Source: an uncultured bacterium
GTDB taxonomy: Bacteria; Verrucomicrobiota; Verrucomicrobiia; Limisphaerales; UBA8199
Assembly (NCBI GenBank): GCA_963749495.1
Contig: CAVVMW010000013.1
Span: forward strand, 1 to 64,000
Length of the DNA: 64,000 nt
Reading direction: 5' to 3'
Position numbers and translations under genes: made by a program. Below the pieces are notes generated by a model. That model was given only the letters and a program-made list of their open reading frames with translations. It did not search any database and was not told the DNA's origin. Positions 9,968 to 21,274 of this stretch are shown here, piece after piece. Positions within the stretch are counted from its first letter, which is position 1. Each line of letters begins with the position of its first letter.

Positions 9968-12900
9968 TCACCGAGCGAGTTTCGGAGGCAGAATCGGCAC
10001 CTCGCAGAAAGTAAGCGCCGCGATGCCGTTTTCTCCGCGGAGCAGATGGGTTTGGCTCCACGACGCGCTGTCCAGGTAGGTCAGCTTTTGCGCCGTTGAA
10101 GGCGCAGTAAGTTTGAGCGTAACCACTGGCCCGGACACCGCGCCCGAAGCGACTTTACCCTTCTCGCCATCGAGGTAGAACTGGCCGGCGAGCGTGTTGT
10201 CCCAGTTCACGGGTTGGTTGAACTCCATCACGATCTCATCCTTCTTGTCGCTCGCATAGTAGGTGCGCTCGAGATCGGGCGGCGTGATGGAGGAGGTGAA
10301 GACCTTCCCGTAGTTGTCCCGCTCGACGAGCGGGCAGATGAGACGGGCGATCTCGGCGTAGCCGGCGGCGGGATAGTGGCAGTCGCCGGGAGGCTCGATG
10401 CCGAGCGTGGACATGACGCTCAGGCGGGAAAAATAGGACGGCAAACTTCTTTGGACCTCTCGGAGCATGTTGTCTGATCCCTTCACCCCCATAGCGCAGG
10501 CCTTGGGCCAAATCTGGAAAAGGTAGTAGTGCTGGAGGTTTGGAAAGTCCTGTTTCCACGCGGCCGCCAAATCAATGAAGTATTGCCGGTAGGTCTCCCA
10601 GCCATAGCCGCCGGTGGGACCATCGGCGGCCTGGTCATTCTCGCCCTGGTGCCAGAGGACGGCGCGGATGCCGTGGGTGAGCTTCGCCTCGCTCACCCGC
10701 CAAAGGAGTCGTCCGTATATGGTCGTGAGGTCCTGGGGGTTGCCGGGATTGCGCTGATGCTGATCGATGCGGGTTCCGCCGACGGCGCCATTGAGGATGC
10801 AGATGGGCATCTGCTGGTCTTCCACCAACCGACGGGCCAGTTCCATGCCCCAATAACCAATCTGCAGCTTCTCGCCATCGCGGCTGCGGTGCATGGCGCC
10901 GCCCCACACCCCAACGCCTTCCGGGTTGCCCGACATGCTGCCGTAACTGCGAACCCATTCGCTGCGGAAGGCCGGCTCGCCCTCGCCCCAATCCGTCGCC
11001 ACGGCGTTGGATTGCCCGTTGATCAAATACGCATCGCCGCAGACCACGTTGGTCACGGTGTGCAGCAAGGTCTCATGTCCGCCGTTCTCGAAACCGAATT
11101 CCACGGTATAGTGGATGAGCCCCGGCTGGAGCTTCACGGAGAAGGCGTAGGCTTTGTCCGTTGCCAGCTTGCGGCTTTCGTTCGCGCAAAGGCGCCCGTC
11201 CGCATAGACCTTGAGAAAGACCGAATTCGCCGCTTCATTCAGCGTTCCGTTGTAGAAGAGCGTGCCCTCGTTCTTGTCGTCGCGGGCATAGAATTGATTG
11301 TCCTGCGCCTTCTCATCTTTCGCCGGAAGCCGGGCCACCCACGCGTCGCGCTCGGGTTCGGTGACCACAATCGTGATTCCCTGCGTCGTCGGCTGGCCGC
11401 CGTTATGCACCGCCGCGGTCACGGTCATCTTGCCGCTGTTTTGCGCTCGCTTGAGAATGAGTTTCCCCGGCAGGACCTCCTTGATCACCGCGATGTCCGA
11501 AACACTCCAGGAATAGCTCAGATTTCCCGCGCCCTGCGCCTGCATCTCGCTCGAGTTGGCCATCTGCGCCACGACCTCGATCGTCGCACGGCCGTCCCAA
11601 GTGGCTGGCGCGTTCAACGTGAAGACAGGCTCCGGAATGTCCTCACGGATTGTGATTGGAATCTCCCGCGTCTTCACCCCATCCGGGTAGATCGCCTTGA
11701 ACTGCAATGTGGCCGACTTGTCCCCGGTCACCCGGCCTGCGTCGAACGTGAATTGGAAGCGGTCAACGGCGAGGATCGTCTCCCGGCCATCGCTTTTGAG
11801 AATCCAGTAAACCTTTTGCGCGCCGCCGGCCTGGGCAGAAAACGCCGCGCTTTTCCCCTCCAACACCGTAACTTGCCCGGGCGAAGCCGAAAACTCACTC
11901 CCGGCCTGCACCACTGGTCCTGCCAGCGTTTGCAGCGGCTTCTGGTTCTCATATTGCAGCTTTACCCAATCGGCAGAGCGGGCCACTTTGGAGATCCGCA
12001 CCTCGTCAATGTCGCCGACAAAATCGTAGTTGTCATACCACCCGCCGATCCACATCCGCGCCGGGCTCTTGATAACCAGAGGCGCGGCGGGATTCGTTGA
12101 GACACCGTCGAGGAGGCCGTTCACGTAAATCCGGGAATCTCCTTTCTGATAGGTGTGCACCACCTGTATCCACTGGGACATAGGCAGCCTGCTGTTGCCC
12201 CTGACGTTGGCGCCGGAAAAGTAGCAGTCCATATTGATATGGGGCGGGCTGCGAAACTGCATCACCACTTTGCCCTGCGCCTGCTCATTACCCCAGGCCA
12301 GGACTTGGGCGTTGGGCGTCTGCGCCCGGAACCAGGCCTCCGAGGTGTGCGAACCCGCTCCGGAAGGATAAATTGTAATCTTGTCCCCGCAAAATATGCC
12401 CTGGTGGCTGGCAAAGTGCCGCGCCTGGCCGACGATCCCGGCGGTGGCCGTCGTTCCCACATCTCTAGACTCGACCGTGCCGGCCTCATCTTTCACGGGG
12501 TTGCTCATGTGCCAGACGCTGAGATACCCGTTGGACTCGTTGAATACAGCCGGTCCGCTGGATTCACTGGCCGCGTCGGCCTTGCCCCAATGCAGCCGAA
12601 CCTCCTGCCGCGCATTTCCTTGGATGGTCGGCAAGTGCACCCAGATGCCGGCCGTGCCCTTGGTCGCATCCCACTCTTCGATCTGATAGGCCAGCGGAGT
12701 GCCTTCGGTGGTGGAGAAGCGAACATCCTCCCCGTTGGCTTTCGCCTGGCTGAAATCGAAGAAGTCCTTGTGCAGCCGCACCAGCAACGGAAACCCAGTC
12801 TCCGAGGACGCCGTTGGCAGGTTCGCACCCTCCGGCGTGGTCAAGATCCAAATGGACCCCGAGTGCTGCCAACCCGGATAAGGAGCGGAACCCTCCGGCA

Positions 12901-12997
12901 GTTTGTCCTCGGCGGCGCCGTGACGGGCCAACGGGGCCAAGAGCAGGGCAGCGAGCGTGAACCGAAGCGAGAATCGCACGGCAGGATTGCGGCTCAC
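9968..12997 (-). CDS. Secreted DUF2341-like + LamG + SGNH (SASA-type) esterase multidomain protein
   Basis: FPLLVRL..NGEDVRF..LAYQIEEWD; LamG GDIDEVRIS; INGQSNA, WHQGEND, DCHY. Start codon approximate. Confidence 0.75.
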   Translation of the reverse strand: MSRNPAVRFSLRFTLAALLLAPLARHGAAEDKLPEGSAPYPGWQHSGSIWILTTPEGANLPTASSETGFPLLVRLHKDFFDFSQAKANGEDVRFSTTEGTPLAYQIEEWDATKGTAGIWVHLPTIQGNARQEVRLHWGKADAASESSGPAVFNESNGYLSVWHMSNPVKDEAGTVESRDVGTTATAGIVGQARHFASHQGIFCGDKITIYPSGAGSHTSEAWFRAQTPNAQVLAWGNEQAQGKVVMQFRSPPHINMDCYFSGANVRGNSRLPMSQWIQVVHTYQKGDSRIYVNGLLDGVSTNPAAPLVIKSPARMWIGGWYDNYDFVGDIDEVRISKVARSADWVKLQYENQKPLQTLAGPVVQAGSEFSASPGQVTVLEGKSAAFSAQAGGAQKVYWILKSDGRETILAVDRFQFTFDAGRVTGDKSATLQFKAIYPDGVKTREIPITIREDIPEPVFTLNAPATWDGRATIEVVAQMANSSEMQAQGAGNLSYSWSVSDIAVIKEVLPGKLILKRAQNSGKMTVTAAVHNGGQPTTQGITIVVTEPERDAWVARLPAKDEKAQDNQFYARDDKNEGTLFYNGTLNEAANSVFLKVYADGRLCANESRKLATDKAYAFSVKLQPGLIHYTVEFGFENGGHETLLHTVTNVVCGDAYLINGQSNAVATDWGEGEPAFRSEWVRSYGSMSGNPEGVGVWGGAMHRSRDGEKLQIGYWGMELARRLVEDQQMPICILNGAVGGTRIDQHQRNPGNPQDLTTIYGRLLWRVSEAKLTHGIRAVLWHQGENDQAADGPTGGYGWETYRQYFIDLAAAWKQDFPNLQHYYLFQIWPKACAMGVKGSDNMLREVQRSLPSYFSRLSVMSTLGIEPPGDCHYPAAGYAEIARLICPLVERDNYGKVFTSSITPPDLERTYYASDKKDEIVMEFNQPVNWDNTLAGQFYLDGEKGKVASGAVSGPVVTLKLTAPSTAQKLTYLDSASWSQTHLLRGENGIAALTFCEVPILPPKLAR

Positions 12998-13041
12998 AGC
13001 GGGCGAATCCACACGTTGCGGAAGCGGACCGGGCTGCCGTT

Positions 13042-14328
13042 TCACACGATTTCTTCCCGGGCGGCATCCCAGCGCACCAGGCGCTGTTCCCGGTGCGAAA
13101 CCAGGGACATGATGGCGGTGGCACTTTCGATGAAGGCCTCGTCGGTCGAGCATTTCGGGGTGCCGCGCCTTTGGATGCAGTTCACCCAGTCCACCATGTG
13201 ATTGGGCTGGCCGGGTGTTTTGCCTCGTTCGTAGCCCTTGGGCAGGTTCGCGCGTTGGTTGTGACGCTCAGGCAGAATGTCGAAGGTGGTCACGTTGTGC
13301 GCGATGTCGTCGAATCGCAGCGTGCCGTCCCGGCCGCAGATTTCCACGGGCTGTGCCACGCTGGTGTTCATGCTCCCGGTGAAGATGACCGTCCGGCCCA
13401 GTTTCTCGAACTGGTAGGTGGCGGCCCAGGTGTCCGGGACTTCGCGATCGTCCCGGAGTTGCGAGAGCAAACCGCCGCAAGAGCAGTTGTCCGGGATGCC
13501 GTGACCGAGGAGATACTGCACGAAATCCATTTCGTGCGACAGCAGGTCGCCGGCATAGCCGGTGCCGTAGGCCCAATAGCAGCGCCAGTGCCAGAAGTGG
13601 CGCTCGTTCCACGGAATCCTGGGGGCCGGCCCCAGCCAAAGGTCCCAATTCACCTCCTTGACGACCTGTGCCGGGTCGGGCCGGTCCCATTGCTCGTAAT
13701 AGCCGTACCAGCGCCAATTGGGAGGCGCCGGGTCGGACGCTTTAAACCGGCCCGTGCGCACCAAGGTGACGGGACCGAGGATGTCCTGGGCGATGAGTTC
13801 CCTGGCCTGCAAGGCGCAGGTGGCCTGGCGCGCGTGGTGGCCTAACTGGAACACCACCCGGCTCTTCTTGAGGGCGTCGCGCATCAGCTTGGCCTCGGCC
13901 AGGGTCCGGGAGAATCCCTTCTCACAGTAGATGTCTTTGCCCGCTTTCACGGCGTCGAGCACCATCTGGCAGTGCCAGTGGTCCGGAGTGGCGATGACCA
14001 CGGCATCAACATCCGGGTCGGCCAGCAGTTCCCGGTAATCCACGTAGGCCTTCACTTGCGGATTGAGGCTGCGCTGGATGCCTTTCTGCCGATGTGGCCC
14101 ATAGACATCGCAGACGGCCACCACCTTGACGTTGGGGGCATGCACGACCGCATCGATGAGGTCGCCACCACGGGTCCCCAGACCGATGCAACCGACGCCA
14201 ATCGTTTTGGCGGGGGATGCCGCAGAGAGAACCGCGGGCGCCAATGCGGAGGCGGCCGCCAGCGTCGTGGCCATCTGGCCGCCGGTGCGCAGAAACTGAC
14301 GCCGATTCAGGATCACATTTTCATTCAT
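13042..14328 (-). CDS. Gfo/Idh/MocA oxidoreductase with Tat signal
   Basis: NRRQFL, IGLGTRG, ATPDHWH, YCEKG. Confidence 0.92.
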   Translation of the reverse strand: MNENVILNRRQFLRTGGQMATTLAAASALAPAVLSAASPAKTIGVGCIGLGTRGGDLIDAVVHAPNVKVVAVCDVYGPHRQKGIQRSLNPQVKAYVDYRELLADPDVDAVVIATPDHWHCQMVLDAVKAGKDIYCEKGFSRTLAEAKLMRDALKKSRVVFQLGHHARQATCALQARELIAQDILGPVTLVRTGRFKASDPAPPNWRWYGYYEQWDRPDPAQVVKEVNWDLWLGPAPRIPWNERHFWHWRCYWAYGTGYAGDLLSHEMDFVQYLLGHGIPDNCSCGGLLSQLRDDREVPDTWAATYQFEKLGRTVIFTGSMNTSVAQPVEICGRDGTLRFDDIAHNVTTFDILPERHNQRANLPKGYERGKTPGQPNHMVDWVNCIQRRGTPKCSTDEAFIESATAIMSLVSHREQRLVRWDAAREEIV

Positions 14329-14640
14329 GGATGCCGAGCCTTTTTGTCGTTGAACTCAATCGGTTTAATATCGCGATAATGAGGGATTTGCCGATTTACA
14401 CAACTCATTCCTGGTCGCCGACGCCTTTGTCGCCCGCGAGACGGACCAGCCGCGCGAACGGAAGTACGAGTTGCGGGTCAGATCGAGCGCTTCAACCTGA
14501 AGGCCATCCGAGAGGGCCGCAAGACCTACGACTCGACTCCATCCCACCCCCGCGGAGATTGAGTCCGGCTATTGAATCTCCTGACGGGGCTCATAGAATT
14601 ATCAATTTGCAGCCCTGTTGGTTCTGGCTGACTTTTGGCC

Positions 14641-16597
14641 CGTGAAACCAACCCGACTGTGCATTGGATGGAACCGGCGGGCCGTGGTCGCCGGAGGGGC
14701 GCTTCTGGCCGGCCTGGCCCTGCATGCTCAAGAATCCTCCCGGCCGCCCGCGGCGGCGATCAACGTGACGAACCTCCTCGAGGAGTTGACCGCTCGGGTC
14801 GTCACCAATCGTCCCGCCCAACCGGCTCCGTTGAATCCGCCGGCATTGGCCAGGCCCTTTCGTTCTCCGTCTCGGGGGAGCGTGGTGCCGGCCGACCTAA
14901 ACGGCCCCGCGCTTCGTCATTCGGTGGCGAGGCTATGGGCCATCAACGGACGGCTGGATCGGGCGCTGGACCTCACAGCAAAGGAGCCGGATGCATTCCA
15001 GGCGCACGTGAGCCGGATGACACTGGCGCGCGGGTTATTCGGGGCGGGCCAGGATGCGGAGGCGCTTCGCCTGGTCGAGGCCGAGCCCGCCGGGCAGGTG
15101 GAGGCTGGGTTGGTCGACTTGCGCAGCCAGACGATGTCGTCAGGAGCTGCGGCCAGGTTGAAGGCGGGCGACAGGGCGCGGGCCCAGGCGTATCTGGCCA
15201 GAGCGATGCAGCTCGCGGACACGAACTTCGTGTTCATGCCCGCCGGAATGCTGTGCGGCTATGCGAACGTCCAGATCGAGTTGCGGCAGACCAACGACGC
15301 GCTGGCGACCTTGGACCGGGCGGTAAAGCTCATGCGAGACCATCTGGACCAGGCGGCAGGCAACAATCCCTGGGTTCAGCTCCGCAACGTCGCCGAGACA
15401 CAGGCGCAACTCGGGCAGGTCGAAAAGTCACTGGCCACGGCGGCGCTCATCCAGGACCTTGAACGGCGTGTGGAAGCTCGGCAATTGGTGGCGCGCGCGC
15501 AGGTTGCCGCCGGGGACTTGCGCGGAGCGGCGCAGACGGTCCTGGCTGCGGTGCGAGCAGACGCAGCTTATCTGGCTGGGGCACCGTACCTGGCGACGCA
15601 GGCAGGCATGGTCGCCGGGGCATTGAGTTAGGCCGGCCAATCGAGCGCCGCCAGCGACCTGGAGGAACAGACTCTCGGCGCCTTGCGAGCCCGGGGCGAA
15701 GGCCAGGAGCAGGCGGCCATGCTTGAACAGGCCTCAAAGCTGCTCCACATCGCTGTCATTATGGGCGCAGTGGTGGCGCCAGGGCAACCTCTGGATTACC
15801 AAGCCGTGGACACGAAGCGCCTGGCGGAAGCGGAGCAACTGGCTGCCAGGCTGAACATCAAAGAAACCGAACTTCCGCTCCGCAGTCTGTGCGAGGCGTT
15901 GCGCATCCGTCAAAACATGGAGGCTGGCGAAGTTCCGTCATCGGACACGGTGGATGTCTCGACGCCGGATGCCCAGGGCCGCGCGCAACAAATCGGGCTT
16001 ATCCTCGCGATGGGCGGGCAGGTGACGGCAGCGGCGCGGATCGCCGACCGGCTGCCGTCTTCCTTGGCCCAGCAAGTCTATGGGGCGGCCATCTCTGCGG
16101 CGATCACCGCGACTCGCTTCGAGATCGCTCGCGACTTGCTGGCGCGTTTTCCCCAGCCGGAACCCAATGCGAGCCGATGGCGCGATGAGACTTGGCAGGC
16201 ACGGCTCGGGCTCGAACTGGCCCGCCGCCAGATTGCCGCGGGGCAGACAAACGAAGGAGTCGCCACGCTGCACGAGACCTTACGGCGGTTGCCTCAGGGA
16301 CCGGCGCCTCAATCGGCCAATGTGCAGTTGGTGATCGCCGATGTCGCCCGCCTGGAAGCCGAGATGGGTTTGGGGGCGGAGGCGTTGTCCACCGTGGTTG
16401 CCGCAAGCCAACGGGCAGCGGCCCTGAGCCTGTTCGCCCCGGATGTCGGCCGGCGGTTGGCCCGCAGCCTTGGGGGGACCGCCGCCGTGGGCGCCGCACG
16501 TGGGGCCGCCGATGACACGATCCAATACTTCGTCTTGGTGGGCATCGCCCAGGAATTGTCGCGGCCGGGACTGACCGACCCTGCTTGGCGGGACTGA
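14641..16597 (+). pseudogene. Secreted alpha-helical repeat (TPR-like) protein with in-frame TAG
   Basis: ORFs 14618-15631 and 15683-16597 share one frame, separated by a single TAG at 15629-15631; Ala-rich helical repeats on both sides. Confidence 0.65.
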
Positions 16598-16699
16598 CTC
16601 CGGCCTGAGACACGCAAAAGCCTGCTCGTTCCGCACAACCAGTTCATTGCGGAACTTCGTCTTGGTCGCGGAGGATCATGTGGATAGTCTTGTTCAAAC

Positions 16700-18826
16700 A
16701 TGAGAATCAAGAGCAGGGTAACGAATGGCCTGTTGGCCGCGCTGGCGGCCTTGACCCACATTTCTGCGGCGCAGGCCGGTGACTACTACGTTGCCACGAA
16801 TGGGAACGACGCAAATCCAGGCACGCTGGCCAGGCCTTTTGCCACGTTGTCAAAGGCGCAGCAGGCCGCGCGAAACGCGGTAGGGCGCGAAGCGGTGACG
16901 ATCTTCATCCGGGAGGGAACTTATTACCTGCCGGAAACCTTGATCTTCACCGCCGAGGATTCCGGCACGAAGGCCGCGCCGGTCATGTACCAGGCGTACG
17001 GGAAGGAGCAGGCGGTGATCAGCGGTGGTGTCCGGCTGGAACGCCTTAAATGGGAGATCTACAAGGATGGCATCATGCAGGCGAAGGTGCCCGCGGGCTT
17101 TGCCACGGACCAGCTTTTCGTCAACGGCGAACGCCAACCCCTGGCACGGTATCCGAACTTTGATCCCAGGGAGCGCCACTTCAACGGCTGGGCGAAAGAT
17201 GCATTCAGTCCACAGCGGGCGGCGCGATGGCAAAACCCTGCCGGCGGATTCATCCATGCCCTGCATGCCGCCGAGTGGGGCGGCATGCATTATGTCATCA
17301 CCGGCAAAGATGCGGACAATAAGGTCACTTACGAAGGCGGCTGGCAGAACAACCGCCCGATGGGCATGCACGACATCCGTTTCGTGGAGAACATTTTCGA
17401 GGAACTGGATGCTCCGGGCGAGTGGTTCCTGGATGCGAAGAATAGCCTCCTCTACTTCTATCCGCCGCCGGGCACTGACCTAACCACGGCGCTTATCGAA
17501 GCGGTCCGCCTGCGGCACTTGGTCGAGTTCCGCGGCACGGAGCAGGCCCCAGTGCGGTTCGTCAGCCTCAAAGGGCTCACCTTCTGCCACGCCGCGCGCA
17601 CCTTCATGGAGAACAAGGAACCGCTGGTGCGCAGTGACTGGACCACGTACCGTGGCGGCGCCCTCTTCTACACCGGCACCGAGGATTGTTCGTTGGAGGA
17701 TTGCTTTATCGACCAAGTGGGCGGCAACGCCGTGTTCGTGAACAACTACAATCGCAGGGTCACGGTCCGGGGCTGTCACATCGCAAAGGCTGGCGCTAAC
17801 GGCGTGGCGTTCGTCGGCGATCGCGACTCCGCCCGGGTTCCGCGTGATTGGAACGACCATTCCCAATCGCTCCAGAAACTCGACCGCACACCCGGCCCCA
17901 GGACTGCCAACTACCCGGCGGACTGTCTGGTGGACGATTGCCTGATCTACCTCTCGGGCCGTGTTGAAAAGCAGACCGCCCCGGTGCAGATTGAGTTGTC
18001 GCGAGGCATTACCGTCCGTCACTGCTCCCTTTATGACGTGCCACGCGCCGGCGTCAATATCGGTGATGGTTGCTGGGGCGGTCATGTGATCGAGTTCTGC
18101 GACGTTTTCGACACGGTCAACGAGACCGGCGACCACGGCTCGTTCAACTCCTGGGGCCGTGACCGCTTCTGGGGGTTGGCGGGCCTGGATCTGAACCACG
18201 ACCAGGCCTGGGAAGCCAACAAAGATGTCGTGCTTCTGGACGCGGTTGAAACGACCATCCTGCGCAACAACCGCTGGCGCTGCGATCATGGCTGGGACAT
18301 CGACCTCGATGACGGCTCCTCGAATTACGAAATCCGCAACAACCTCTGCCTCAATGGCGGCCTCAAGAACCGCGAGGGCTTCTACCGCGTCGTCGAGAAC
18401 AACATCATGGTCAACAACGGCTTTCACCCCCATGTCTGGTACAAGCACAGCCAGGACATTGTCCGCCGCAATATCATGTTCACCGATCACTACCTGCCCG
18501 CGGGCGGCATGCCGGCCGACGCGTGGGGAAAGGAGATGGACAATAACTTCGTCCACGTCGAGGGGGTGACGGTGCCGGAACCGGCCAAGAAACTCGCCGA
18601 ACAATCCAAGCGTGACGCCCATTCGATCGCCGCCGACGCCATGTTCGTTGATCCAGCCAACGGCGATTTCCGCGTGCGGGAAGGGTCACCGGCACTGAAA
18701 CTGGGGTTTGTGAACTTCCCGATGGACCAGTTCGGTGTGCAGAAGCCGGAGTTGAGGGCTATTGCCCGCACCCCGGAAATGCCCAAACTTCGCCGCCCCG
18801 ACAGGTCCGCCAGGAAGGCAAATTAG
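16700..18826 (+). CDS. Secreted right-handed beta-helix protein (GH141-like)
   Basis: Signal peptide, YYVATNGNDANPGT, QLFVNG..LARYPN, FEELDAPGEW, DIDLDDGSS. Confidence 0.8.
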   Translation: MRIKSRVTNGLLAALAALTHISAAQAGDYYVATNGNDANPGTLARPFATLSKAQQAARNAVGREAVTIFIREGTYYLPETLIFTAEDSGTKAAPVMYQAYGKEQAVISGGVRLERLKWEIYKDGIMQAKVPAGFATDQLFVNGERQPLARYPNFDPRERHFNGWAKDAFSPQRAARWQNPAGGFIHALHAAEWGGMHYVITGKDADNKVTYEGGWQNNRPMGMHDIRFVENIFEELDAPGEWFLDAKNSLLYFYPPPGTDLTTALIEAVRLRHLVEFRGTEQAPVRFVSLKGLTFCHAARTFMENKEPLVRSDWTTYRGGALFYTGTEDCSLEDCFIDQVGGNAVFVNNYNRRVTVRGCHIAKAGANGVAFVGDRDSARVPRDWNDHSQSLQKLDRTPGPRTANYPADCLVDDCLIYLSGRVEKQTAPVQIELSRGITVRHCSLYDVPRAGVNIGDGCWGGHVIEFCDVFDTVNETGDHGSFNSWGRDRFWGLAGLDLNHDQAWEANKDVVLLDAVETTILRNNRWRCDHGWDIDLDDGSSNYEIRNNLCLNGGLKNREGFYRVVENNIMVNNGFHPHVWYKHSQDIVRRNIMFTDHYLPAGGMPADAWGKEMDNNFVHVEGVTVPEPAKKLAEQSKRDAHSIAADAMFVDPANGDFRVREGSPALKLGFVNFPMDQFGVQKPELRAIARTPEMPKLRRPDRSARKAN

Positions 18827-18905
18827 GTCAAGCCAGGCAATCTCGAATGCAACTTCATGTCGCGATTGACGCTCCGCGGTTCAACGACCTTGGGCGGAAG
18901 CCAAC

Positions 18906-20555
18906 CTATTCTGCCGCTGCTTGTCGTGTGGCGATGGGGACATACCCTGCCTCCAAGCCTCGCGGCGGGCTTACGATCAAGGCCGGGTCAATATCCGCCA
19001 ATCTTCCAACCGTCGGTGGCGGAAGGTAGTCCCGGTCCTTTTTCCAGTTCCGGTGGAGTTTTTCCACCCGCGCCTGCAGGCTCTCCCGCTCTTTATCCGT
19101 TAAATCGGCGTTGAGTAATGCCGGTTGGTCGGCGAATCGATACCAGTAGTACGTTACCACGCTACGGTCCCCCAGGTGCGCCTGGAAAGGTCCTGCCACG
19201 GGCCCGGGCTTCTTCCAGCAACTCTTGGCATCTTCGGGAGTGACGTAGGGTTCGGGGCGATCCTCGCGGGGCCGATCAAAGCGAGCCTGGACCAGGCCTG
19301 TTTCAGCCGGAACGTCTTCAGGTCGTATCGCAGCCCACTCCGCTTTCTTATTATCATTAGTCACCAGGTGATAGTATTCGGGGAGCCTCACCAGCGAGCC
19401 ATCCTTGGAATCGTTTGCCGCAACCAGTTGGTAGTTCCACCGGTAGCCGAAGGTACTTGAATCAAGTGCGATGGGAGTCGCAAAAGACTTCCAGGCCAGA
19501 GGCACCTTTTTTTCATTGGGGGTAGAGGGCGTATAAATCCTCCAGGTTGCCCCCCCGCGTCCGGGAAAGGTGTGCAGACTGGCCTCTCGGGAATCAATGG
19601 CGCCGCTGGCCGGGCCACCGCCTTCAAACCAGGTCTTCACGGCATCCCAGAGCGCCTTCTTGCTGTAGGAGGTGACGCGGTGCACTAACACCGAGTCGCC
19701 TCCCAGCCCTCGGGGGAACGAGGTGGGGGCGATTCGGGCGTAGGTCTCCCCTTTCCCGTCGATGGACTGGATACTGGGGACGTACTGGGTTTCCATCTGT
19801 AAAGCCCTGTTGGGTTGGGAGGGACGCGTGTCCAGAAGCATTCCAGCCAGGCGAGGGTCGGCAAGCGCCGCGTGGGACCAGAAGTAGGGGGTGAAGAAGG
19901 CAACCGGGCCTTTGAAATTTCGCGTGTTCAGAAACAAGGTCCAACAGTTGTCTCCTGTAGGCACGTTTTTCCCAGAGGTGGTGGATTTGGCCGCGGTGAG
20001 CGGAAGCGGCAGGTACCCGTAGCCGACCAGTTCACCGCAGGTGCCTTGTTTCAGATTCAGCCCATCGGCGGGCCACAGCAACCAGGGACTCAGTTGTGCC
20101 ACACCGTACTGGCCTTTCGGGTCATCCCAGTTCCTTCCTTGGCCGGCCCCGGGTCCGTTGGCCCATTCACTGAAATTCGGAGCGACCCCACCCATGATGA
20201 ACTTCGGCGTTTCGGTGGCAAACCGCGTGTCAGTCCACCAGCCCAGACCGCCCTCGATATCGGAATACATATTGGTGGGGGCGCGCCCGTCATACTGGGC
20301 GAACATCCACGTGCCGAACAGGCCTGTTTGAAAACGGTGCCCGGGATATTCCCGCAATAAAGGCCAGGCGGCTACGTACATGGAGAAGCCGGCGTTATAC
20401 GTCTCTTGCACTTTTTCGTTCGGGACGAGCAGGTATCCGGCCATCTCCCCTTCCTGAAGCTTATCCCAGGCGCCCATCAGGGGTGAAAGGGGCAAGACCA
20501 GCCCGAGGGCCAGGCACGAAGCGACCAATGTGAAGAACTTTCTTTTCACCATCAT
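18906..20555 (-). CDS. Secreted hypothetical protein
   Basis: Long Trp/Gly-rich ORF; signal peptide at MMVKRKFF. Confidence 0.7.
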   Translation of the reverse strand: MMVKRKFFTLVASCLALGLVLPLSPLMGAWDKLQEGEMAGYLLVPNEKVQETYNAGFSMYVAAWPLLREYPGHRFQTGLFGTWMFAQYDGRAPTNMYSDIEGGLGWWTDTRFATETPKFIMGGVAPNFSEWANGPGAGQGRNWDDPKGQYGVAQLSPWLLWPADGLNLKQGTCGELVGYGYLPLPLTAAKSTTSGKNVPTGDNCWTLFLNTRNFKGPVAFFTPYFWSHAALADPRLAGMLLDTRPSQPNRALQMETQYVPSIQSIDGKGETYARIAPTSFPRGLGGDSVLVHRVTSYSKKALWDAVKTWFEGGGPASGAIDSREASLHTFPGRGGATWRIYTPSTPNEKKVPLAWKSFATPIALDSSTFGYRWNYQLVAANDSKDGSLVRLPEYYHLVTNDNKKAEWAAIRPEDVPAETGLVQARFDRPREDRPEPYVTPEDAKSCWKKPGPVAGPFQAHLGDRSVVTYYWYRFADQPALLNADLTDKERESLQARVEKLHRNWKKDRDYLPPPTVGRLADIDPALIVSPPRGLEAGYVPIATRQAAAE

Positions 20556-20700
20556 ATTGAAATTGCTCCTTGACGCTCCGCGTTTCACAGGCAATTGCTT
20601 CTCGATCGAGTTCATTGGCGGTGATTGTCTGGCCATGTCCGCTCGGAGGGCAAGCGCTTTGTGGTGGTTTCCGGCGTTGGCGGCCCTTGTCCGGTGAACT

Positions 20701-20965
20701 TCATTTAACGAAAAGCCAGTATGGCAACGTGAAGTATTCGGTGACCTCGTCGCGTCCGATTCGTCGGTCGCCGTCGCGGTCAAACTGAAGCATGGCCGTC
20801 CAGAAAGGTTCCGGGTCCAACTCTGCGTCTCCGCGGCCGCCCTGCATGGATACCGAGACGAAGAGTAGTCCGTCGCCCGCGACGGGCACGGCGATGGGTT
20901 CGCGGGCAAACCCGCTCACATACCATCGCTCCGCGCCCGTGGCCGGATCGTAGCCATAAACCCGT
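20701..20965 (-). pseudogene. Internal fragment of PQQ-like beta-propeller/EF-hand protein
   Basis: [35 protein letters not shown]. Confidence 0.65.
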
Positions 20966-21209
20966 CCACATCGCACAGCGCGACAATGTTGCCGCCCGCG
21001 CGGCTGACATCCATAAGGTCAAAGTAACCCTGACCTCCGACACCGATGCCGGCCACGTTGAGGGTTTCGCTCGGTGGTGTTTTGCCGGGACCGCCCAGCA
21101 CGTGGCGCGGCACTATCGTAAACGCCGTCACGGTCGCTGCGGCGGCAATGAACTTGCGCCTTGTGATTCTCGAACGGCAGCTTTTCGTCCTGGTCTTCAT
21201 ATTACTCAA
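20963..21209 (-). pseudogene. 5' fragment of Tat-exported Gfo/Idh/MocA oxidoreductase
   Basis: TRRKFI...[24 protein letters not shown]...ALCDVD, then an abrupt switch to unrelated sequence. Confidence 0.8.
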
Positions 21210-21274
21210 TCCTCAACTTCTTGATGGCATCGGTGTCATACAGCTTGGCGGAGAACTCCGCCAGCAACGCCCGG

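Noticed and set aside
15629..15631. In-frame TAG (and one at ~62652) as amber recoding
   Set aside because: TAG terminates apparently normal genes here (e.g. 18826, 18906); single nonsense mutations in a decaying region are simpler.
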